64,000 nt of DNA from Candidatus Margulisiibacteriota bacterium (GTDB lineage Bacteria > Margulisbacteria > Marinamargulisbacteria > JBFWNS01), in the NCBI GenBank assembly GCA_050250935.1, contig JBFWNS010000003.1, positions 160,001 to 224,000 on the forward strand, given 5' to 3'. A model generated the notes under the pieces. It did no database searches. It was not told the origin of the DNA and saw only the letters and a program-made list of their open reading frames with translations. A program made the translations under genes and the position numbers. Positions 57,119 through 64,000 of the stretch are shown one piece after another (the first letter of the stretch is position 1; each line of letters starts with the position of its first letter).

Positions 57119-58464
57119 GCCAAGCCAATCAAATTTTAGAAGCACTTTCTGCCATTATTGATCCCGATTTAAACCAAGATATTGTCAGTCTTGGATTCGT
57201 TCAAAACCTGCTGATTTCGGACGAAGGGAATGTTTCTTTTACCCTGGAACTCACCACGCCGGCCTGCCCGGTCAAAGACCTTTTTGTGAAAGAGGCTACG
57301 GACCGGGTTAAGGCCTTGGGATGGCCCCAAGACGTTCGGGTAAGTTTAAGTGCTCAAAAACGCAATGTCCTTCGCCAACAAGGTAAGGGACTTGAAGGGG
57401 TGCAACGTATTATTGCAGTTCACAGCTGCAAGGGTGGGGTGGGCAAGTCTACGGTTGCGGTTAATTTGGCCTATAGCTTAGCTGCTCTGGGCGCTTCTGT
57501 TGGGTTGTTTGATGCCGACGTTTACGGCCCCAGTTTGCCCACCATGGTCAAGCTGGATTCCATGGAGCTGTTCATGAAAGGTGGGTTGATTGCCCCCTTG
57601 CTTAAACAGGGTGTCAAACTGATGTCTTTTGGCTATACCCAAGCCACCTCGGGCGAAACTGGCCCTGCAATTTTGCGTGGTCCTATTGTGTCTCAGATTA
57701 TCAACCAGCTACTCACCGGAACCGCTTGGGGCGACTTGGACTATCTGGTTTTGGACATGCCTCCTGGCACAGGAGACATTGCCATTACTGTTTCGCAGTT
57801 GGTGCCCATTACGGCGGCTGTGGTGGTTACCACCCCCCAAGAATTAAGTTTTGTGGATGTTATCAAAGGGATTCAGATGTTTGATTCCTTAAAAATTCCA
57901 GTGGTCACCGTGGTGGAAAACATGAGTTATTTTGAATGCGGGAATTGCCAAGAAAAACACCGTATTTATGGCCAAGGTGCTGCCAAAAAATTGGTTAACG
58001 AATTTGGCTTTGAACATGTCATCGAACTCCCTATTGACCCCAAAGTCGCCTCTGCTGGGGACAATGGGCTTCCTTTGGTAAAACAAACAGAATCCTCTTC
58101 GTCTCACCGTGCGTTTGAACATTTGGCCGAAACTGTTGTCCGAGAAGTGAGTCGTTTGGATGCTTTGGGCGCCATTCATCCCACCATTTCCTTTGATGAG
58201 GGCCTTGGTTTGGTTGCCCTTTATTCTTCGGGACAAACCCTTGCAATTCCAGCTGTGGAAGCCCGCTATTTGTGTCGATGTGCCCATTGCCAAGACGAAT
58301 TTACAGGTCAGCAGAAGCTGGATAAAGTCGCCATTGATCCCGACATTAGGGTGACAGCCCTTCAACCCATTGGTAATTATGCGGTGGGCTTAACCTGGAG
58401 CGATGGCCATTCCTCTATTTTTCCCTATGCGTTTTTCAAGGCTTTTCACGAAACCCTCATTTGA
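57115..58464 (+). CDS. HCF101-type Fe-S cluster carrier NTPase (DUF59 + Mrp/ApbC + DUF971)
   Basis: DPDL..DIV.LGFV, LTTPACP, SCKGGVGKS, DMPPGTGD, ENMS.F.C..C, CRCAHC and GNYAV...WSDGH; ATGA overlap with the kinase. Confidence 0.9.
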   Translation: MSQANQILEALSAIIDPDLNQDIVSLGFVQNLLISDEGNVSFTLELTTPACPVKDLFVKEATDRVKALGWPQDVRVSLSAQKRNVLRQQGKGLEGVQRIIAVHSCKGGVGKSTVAVNLAYSLAALGASVGLFDADVYGPSLPTMVKLDSMELFMKGGLIAPLLKQGVKLMSFGYTQATSGETGPAILRGPIVSQIINQLLTGTAWGDLDYLVLDMPPGTGDIAITVSQLVPITAAVVVTTPQELSFVDVIKGIQMFDSLKIPVVTVVENMSYFECGNCQEKHRIYGQGAAKKLVNEFGFEHVIELPIDPKVASAGDNGLPLVKQTESSSSHRAFEHLAETVVREVSRLDALGAIHPTISFDEGLGLVALYSSGQTLAIPAVEARYLCRCAHCQDEFTGQQKLDKVAIDPDIRVTALQPIGNYAVGLTWSDGHSSIFPYAFFKAFHETLI

Positions 58465-58505
58465 ACTTAACACAGACTTAATGGTTGGGGTGTATGCTAT
58501 AGGGC

Positions 58506-59258
58506 ATGTCAGTAGGCGGCGTTGGTCCAACGCCTTTAAGAGCCCCTCAACCCAATCCCCCCAAAACGCCCGAACCGGCCCGTAGTTTTGCGCCGCTAGA
58601 AACCAAAAAACCTGCCCCCGCACCTTCGCCGACCTACACACCGATTACGGTTAAAACCCTGGGCGGTCATAGCAGCGATTTGTATCAACCCAAGTTTACG
58701 GATGGGGGAGAGAGCTCTGCGGAATCCAAACAATCGGCACAAGACCGCAAGGACTATACCCAACAATTAACGGTTCAAGCCTTCAAAGATCGGGTTATCG
58801 AATACCAAGAAAAAATGACCATTCTTAGCGAGGTTCGAAAGCACCACCAGGAACGCGAAGCGCAGATGGCCACGAAATCTACACCCGTGCTCAGCGAAGA
58901 GTCCACCCCCGCCTCTCAACCCAAACCAACGGCCTTCGTTTCTGCCGAAACCCTTACCGAAAAACGCCTCAAAACCTTGGAAGAAAGCATTTCTGGACTC
59001 CAAAAAGAAAGTCGCTTAAAAGAAGTCTTAAACAAACTGCTTCGAAATCCTTTTGAATTTGACATCGAAGCGTCGTTTTTATCAAAATCCAAAACAAAGT
59101 CGTCCCATGCAAAACTTCAGAAAAAAAGGAATCAGATTCAAGCCGACGAAAGCCTGTTTTTTAGCTGGTTAACCCCAACCCAATTTACCTGGGCTCTGAT
59201 TATTTTGGCCTTTTTAATCGGCTTTGTTTTTGCAGTTTTCTACGTTAAATCGGCTTAG
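58506..59258 (+). CDS. Hypothetical protein with Pro-rich N-terminus, coiled coil and C-terminal TM anchor
   Basis: 250-aa ORF with a single hydrophobic helix at the extreme C-terminus. Confidence 0.75.
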   Translation: MSVGGVGPTPLRAPQPNPPKTPEPARSFAPLETKKPAPAPSPTYTPITVKTLGGHSSDLYQPKFTDGGESSAESKQSAQDRKDYTQQLTVQAFKDRVIEYQEKMTILSEVRKHHQEREAQMATKSTPVLSEESTPASQPKPTAFVSAETLTEKRLKTLEESISGLQKESRLKEVLNKLLRNPFEFDIEASFLSKSKTKSSHAKLQKKRNQIQADESLFFSWLTPTQFTWALIILAFLIGFVFAVFYVKSA

Positions 59259-60346
59259 TCACCCAAACAAATTCCGAGTCGTTTTGCGGTATCAATGAGG
59301 GGATGATCCAAGGGAATCAGCCGATCTGAAGACGCTGCGACTTGAAGCGGCACCATGTCCAAACCAGCGCCTTTTAAGGCCACCATTTTTCCGTATTCTT
59401 GGTTTAGAACAGCCTCGAAGGCCCGAATGCCAAATTGGGTTGCTAAAATGCGATCATAAGCGCAGGGAATGCCACCACGCTGGGTATGACCAAGGACTGT
59501 CACCCGGGCATCCACATCCATTTTTTGGGTTAACTCGGCCATAAACTGATACCCAACCCCTCCCAACATCGCATTTTGATACCCAGCTTCGGTGCTGGCA
59601 TGCTGCACGGTTTTACCATGAAGGGGTTTGGCACCTTCGGCAATGACAATGTTGGCGAATCCCAATTTCCGATGGAAGCGGTTATTCAACTTTTCGATGA
59701 CAGAGTCAATGCGATAGGGAATTTCTGGAATGATGGCCACATCAGCCCCCGCTGCAATGGCGGCATGAAGACAAATCCACCCCGCATCGCGGCCCATAAC
59801 TTCGGCAATCATGACCCGGTTGTGGCTTTCGGCTGTGGACACCAATTTGTCGACGGCTTCTGTGGCAATTTGAACGGCGGTTTCAAATCCAAACGACACG
59901 TCGGTTCCGGCCAAATCGTTGTCGATGGTTTTGGGTACCCCAATAATATGGAGTCCCTTTTCAAACAGTTTTTGCGAGATTTGCTGAGAGCCATTGCCCC
60001 CGATGTTGATCACAGCCTCAACATTAAGCCTCTTTAAGGTTTCGATCAGCTCGTCAGATCGATCGATCAAAGTAGTGCTGCCATCAGCCTGAGGGGTTGG
60101 AAAGCTGAAGGGGTTTCCTTTGTTGGTGGTTTCCAGAATGGTTCCGCCTTTAACATGAATCCCCGACACGGCGGCTTTGTCCAAAACCACCACCTGCTGG
60201 GGGTCTTGCAACAGGCCATTGAAGGCCCGTTTGCTGCCCAACACTTCCCACCCACCTTCGTTTAAGGCAGCACGAACGATGGCCCGAATAACGGCATTCA
60301 ACCCAGGACAATCGCCCCCACCCGTTAAAATTAAGATTCGTTTCAT
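59255..60346 (-). CDS. pfkA: 6-phosphofructokinase, probably ATP-dependent
   Basis: TGGGDCPGLNA, GGNGS, PKTIDND, EVMGR and LGHTQRGG. Confidence 0.93.
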   Translation of the reverse strand: MKRILILTGGGDCPGLNAVIRAIVRAALNEGGWEVLGSKRAFNGLLQDPQQVVVLDKAAVSGIHVKGGTILETTNKGNPFSFPTPQADGSTTLIDRSDELIETLKRLNVEAVINIGGNGSQQISQKLFEKGLHIIGVPKTIDNDLAGTDVSFGFETAVQIATEAVDKLVSTAESHNRVMIAEVMGRDAGWICLHAAIAAGADVAIIPEIPYRIDSVIEKLNNRFHRKLGFANIVIAEGAKPLHGKTVQHASTEAGYQNAMLGGVGYQFMAELTQKMDVDARVTVLGHTQRGGIPCAYDRILATQFGIRAFEAVLNQEYGKMVALKGAGLDMVPLQVAASSDRLIPLDHPLIDTAKRLGICLGD

Positions 60347-60355
60347 GGGGTCTCC

Positions 60356-62710
60356 TTATCGGTTAATCACCGCTATTTTGAATTTTTTTAGAATGGCTTG
60401 TCCATTTCCTTCGGCTTTTAAAACACAGATATAAACCCCATTGGGTACAAATGCGCCTGCATCATCTTTGCCATCCCAAGGTTCTGCACGGTATCCAACC
60501 CCTGACCATTGCCATTTTCGAATCAGATTGGCGTTCAAATCGTAGAGCAAAAAGGTCACCACAGCGTCCTGGTTCACTTGAAATTCAATCACGGTATTTT
60601 CTTTTTGGGGATTGAACGGGTTGGGGGTGTTAATGATGGGGCTGGTCGTGCCTTGGGGGCCAAAAATGGTAAATGCCGTTGCTGCCAAGGGAGCATTTTT
60701 AAGGCTGAGGCTGCTGCTCTGGCCCCAATTTCCAGAAGTATCCGCAATGCCAACTTGAATTTGTACAGACGTTTGATCCGACACATTCAAACTGACACTG
60801 GCAAAATCGATGTTCAAGGTGGGGGCAGAATAGGAGATCCCTGTAGAACTTGCGTTCAGTACAAGGGTGGTTAACCCGGCATTCAGGGTTACAACCAGCG
60901 TTGCTGGGTTAACCGCAATGTTGTCTGTAACTTTGACCGACAACACTTTTTTAGACGACAGATAGTCGTTGTCCAACACCGACGGAAAGGTAATGGAAGG
61001 TGGCGTCTTATCCAACAAGGTAACAGAAATCAAATTGCTGGTTGGCGTTCCTGTGGGATAACTCACAAAATTTTCAGTATGAAGATCATCCAGTGTGACA
61101 TAAAAATCGAATCGTCCTTCGGTATCTGGCGGTGTGAAGGTTGTGGTATAGGTATTGGTGTTGGAGATTTTAGACAATTGCTGCACCTTCCAATCTCCGG
61201 CCGAACCCGTTGTGGGTACCAGTCGTGTATTCAAAAATACTTTGGGAAGTGCACTGATCGGCGAATTATCTGTTGCCGTCACCTGAAGTACCCATGCTGC
61301 ATTCATGGTTGCCGTTTCCGAATAGGTAATGGCGTTTAAAGTAGGGGGCGTCGTGTCATTTAAATAGTAGTAAAGCAACATATCCTGAAGGTTCAATAAA
61401 CCATATCCATAATAGGGGTCTTTACCCAAGGTTCCTTTATCGGTGGCTGTTTGGGTAATAGCGGTGTAGACCTCGCTTGGGTTTAAGACAGGGTATTTTG
61501 AAAGCAACAACGCTGCAGCCCCAGCCACATGTGGCGAGGCCATGGATGTTCCAGTATCTGCTGCATAGCTACTTTCTGTATAAGTAGACGCAATGTCTGT
61601 TCCTGGAGCCGCAATATCCACACGATTGCCATAGTTGCTGTAGGATGAATCAAAGGTACCCGATTTGGTCGTTGCCGAAACGGCGATTACGCCGGAATAA
61701 CCAGCGGGATAGATCGGAAAAGTGTTTAAATTCCTTGCATCATTACCAGCAGCCGCAACAACCACAACCCCATTGCTGGTGGCATAGCCCACCGCTGCTT
61801 GAAACAACATATCTCCACTGGTTGTATTTGAATAACCGCCCAAGCTCATGTTGATAATTTGGGCGCCTTTGTCTACGGCATAATGCACGGCATTGACAAG
61901 AGGAACGTCATCAAAGCCATCTTTTGTGCCTGCACAAAGGGGCATAATGGTGGCTCCGCCAGCGACACCCGCAATCCCTTTTCCATTGTTAATGGTAGCG
62001 GCAACAATGCCTGCGACATGGGTTCCGTGACCGTGTGTTGGGCTAGGGTCGTTGGTGTTGTAAACAAAATTCCATCCATGAATATCATCAATCAGGTTAT
62101 TTCCGTCGTCATCAGACCCATCTAGGGTTTCGTCGGGATTGGTCCAAATGCGGTCCACCAGATCGGGGTGATTTAGCTGTACGCCGGTATCGATAATGGC
62201 AACCACGATGTTGGGACTGCCAATGGTTATGTCCCAAGCCTCGTTGGCTTTAATGGTTGGCATATTGGATTGGTAGGTTGCGTAGTAGGTGTCGTCAGGA
62301 ACCAGGGTAGGGTAGTACACAAAATTGGGCTGGGCCCATTCAACCCAGGCTTCTTGTTTAAGCTGATGAACGGTTTCGAGAACATCCGAAGAGGTGGTCA
62401 GCTGAAGGTGATAGATGCCATCCAGCGCATCGGTGGCCTGTTGTTGAATTCCTTTTCTTTGAAGGCGCCTAGACAATTTGGCTTTAACAAAATGGACTTC
62501 TTTAAACGATTTGAACCCTTTTATTTTTTTGAATTCATTGGGTGTGGGCACAGATTCTGAAGTTGATAGGGCATTTTTTATGCTTGCAGGCGCATAATTG
62601 GCTTTGTATTTGACCAGAATTTCTCCGGGCCTATAGGTGTCTTTGGCCATAGTGATGCTGCCACAACAGAGTCCCATTAACAAACAAAATCCCCAAGTCC
62701 TTAAGTTCAT
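60356..62710 (-). CDS. Secreted S8 subtilase with Ig-like domains and C-terminal FlgD-like domain
   Basis: Signal peptide; triad IIDTG / HGTHVAG / GTSMASP; AAAGN; C-terminal NTPNPFNP...WDGKD..G..VPNGVY. Confidence 0.92.
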   Translation of the reverse strand: MNLRTWGFCLLMGLCCGSITMAKDTYRPGEILVKYKANYAPASIKNALSTSESVPTPNEFKKIKGFKSFKEVHFVKAKLSRRLQRKGIQQQATDALDGIYHLQLTTSSDVLETVHQLKQEAWVEWAQPNFVYYPTLVPDDTYYATYQSNMPTIKANEAWDITIGSPNIVVAIIDTGVQLNHPDLVDRIWTNPDETLDGSDDDGNNLIDDIHGWNFVYNTNDPSPTHGHGTHVAGIVAATINNGKGIAGVAGGATIMPLCAGTKDGFDDVPLVNAVHYAVDKGAQIINMSLGGYSNTTSGDMLFQAAVGYATSNGVVVVAAAGNDARNLNTFPIYPAGYSGVIAVSATTKSGTFDSSYSNYGNRVDIAAPGTDIASTYTESSYAADTGTSMASPHVAGAAALLLSKYPVLNPSEVYTAITQTATDKGTLGKDPYYGYGLLNLQDMLLYYYLNDTTPPTLNAITYSETATMNAAWVLQVTATDNSPISALPKVFLNTRLVPTTGSAGDWKVQQLSKISNTNTYTTTFTPPDTEGRFDFYVTLDDLHTENFVSYPTGTPTSNLISVTLLDKTPPSITFPSVLDNDYLSSKKVLSVKVTDNIAVNPATLVVTLNAGLTTLVLNASSTGISYSAPTLNIDFASVSLNVSDQTSVQIQVGIADTSGNWGQSSSLSLKNAPLAATAFTIFGPQGTTSPIINTPNPFNPQKENTVIEFQVNQDAVVTFLLYDLNANLIRKWQWSGVGYRAEPWDGKDDAGAFVPNGVYICVLKAEGNGQAILKKFKIAVINR

Positions 62711-62728
62711 GGCTGCATTATACCTGGA

Positions 62729-64000
62729 TCAGGCCGATCCAGACAGGAGGCCGTAGAACCGTTGCCAAATACGGACCATGGCCAACGTATCCAGTCGACA
62801 ATAGGCCTTCAGAGCCGTTTCTAGCATTTCTATTTCAATGGGATCTTCGGTTTGCTGAAGGGTTAAAAACGCTTGAATGGCCATTTCGCCATTGCGAATG
62901 CTTAAGTGATCATAACTGAGTTGTGGGATTAAGGCCGGTAAAATCGATTTAATCGACAGGCGCCCTTTCATGGCTGGAAAATAGATGTCATGTCGCTGAA
63001 AGGGCTCGATCAGGTCCACCAAGTTGTGGGCCATGGCTTTAAGCCGTTCGGCATCGCTGGGGTAATCCTCGGCCAAAGACAGCAGGGTTTGGCGTTCGAG
63101 TCCCTTATCGTACACCACAACACAGGCTCCTTCGGGAATCTGTTTAAGCAACTGTTTAACAAAAGCCTTTCTGGGGTCGTTCAATTTTCCATTATGACGA
63201 GCCGGGGCCAGAAATTCGCTGTGGGAAGGCACATCAAACGGGCTGTTCATGCGGTGCAAAGAAAATTGGAAAGGAATGGACTGATAGGGCTTTGTTCCTT
63301 TTAACAGCGGAACAGCCGTCTGAAAAGCTTCAAAATCCAAAAAAAACAAGGGCAAATGCGGCCTGGACAAAAAGCTAAATAACGCCTCGGTATTCACATG
63401 GGGTTTGTCTGTCTGAACCGCTTTAATTTGAATTTCTTGGGTTTGATTCAACGGAAAATGCTCGGGCAAATCGTTTACGGTTTTAATGCCTTGATTAAAC
63501 AACTCAAACTTGGATTGCTTATCCATTCCTTTTAAATAAAACACCGAAGAGACATCCATTTTGGGCCAGCATACGTCCATAAAATCGCAATCGTAGGGAG
63601 AAGAACAGTGGGGGCCAATGGCTATGTCTGGCATGGCTGGGTTTTTGATAACCGCACGAAACTCGGCCAACTTTTTTTCGATACTGGGCAAATGTTCTTT
63701 AACCCGTTTGCCAACATTCACCTTCACAAAGAGTCGCTGCTTATTCAAACGGCTTCCACGCCGATAGTGGGGATTAATATGAATAAGCGACAGTTTAGAA
63801 ACCCGAATGCCGCACAACTGCAGCACATACAGTTGGAGGGCCATATCGTACAAATGCCCGGCTTTTACACCGGTGCTGCTTTTCACTTCAATTAAATGCC
63901 ATCCATTCGCTATTGGAACCAAAATGTCGGTCATCACCAACGTATTTTGGGCGCTAAAGGTTGCTTCATACAGTGTTTGCTTTTGTAAAACGGCTTTTTT
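62729..64000 (-). CDS. DUF2779-domain protein (PD-(D/E)XK nuclease-like plus RNase H-like); 5' end outside the window
   Basis: Frame is open to the window edge (..YEATF..). Motifs D.L, IEVKSS, C..PY.C.F...C, FLDFE, PFQFSLH, SIK.ILP and YC.LDT. Confidence 0.85.
   Translation of the reverse strand, partial: KKAVLQKQTLYEATFSAQNTLVMTDILVPIANGWHLIEVKSSTGVKAGHLYDMALQLYVLQLCGIRVSKLSLIHINPHYRRGSRLNKQRLFVKVNVGKRVKEHLPSIEKKLAEFRAVIKNPAMPDIAIGPHCSSPYDCDFMDVCWPKMDVSSVFYLKGMDKQSKFELFNQGIKTVNDLPEHFPLNQTQEIQIKAVQTDKPHVNTEALFSFLSRPHLPLFFLDFEAFQTAVPLLKGTKPYQSIPFQFSLHRMNSPFDVPSHSEFLAPARHNGKLNDPRKAFVKQLLKQIPEGACVVVYDKGLERQTLLSLAEDYPSDAERLKAMAHNLVDLIEPFQRHDIYFPAMKGRLSIKSILPALIPQLSYDHLSIRNGEMAIQAFLTLQQTEDPIEIEMLETALKAYCRLDTLAMVRIWQRFYGLLSGSA

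Overview
This is a densely packed 64 kb bacterial chromosome segment of about 46 CDSs and one tRNA-Ser(UGA). No rRNA, CRISPR array, integrase or transposase was seen. The backbone is housekeeping: beta-oxidation (fadD, thiolase, partial FadJ/B-like gene), metF/metH, fbaB, valS, dsbD, rpoD, aroC, carAB, glnII, pyrB/pyrC', tpx, tpiA, folD and pfkA. Orphan, effector-like genes are interspersed, mostly downstream of the tRNA and at 39-42 kb. The short RpoD and mosaic gene content suggest an uncultured Terrabacteria-type lineage, possibly Ca. Margulisiibacteriota; this is an unverified impression. Best candidates for new biology: (1) a class I aminotransferase fused to a ketopantoate-reductase-fold dehydrogenase, translationally coupled to a GLYK-type glycerate 3-kinase and an HCF101-type Fe-S NTPase, suggesting a non-canonical serine -> hydroxypyruvate -> D-glycerate -> 3-PGA route; (2) an intact full-length membrane pyrophosphatase homolog that has lost most of its catalytic acidic motifs; (3) a MORN-repeat protein with a permuted His-Asn-Cys protease-like triad behind a sigma28-like promoter shared with other orphans; (4) a 301-bp hairpin-rich element bounded by a duplicated tRNA 3' end; (5) unannotated Cys-containing microproteins; (6) recurrent leaderless gene starts. 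All calls come from motif reading by eye, with no database searches.
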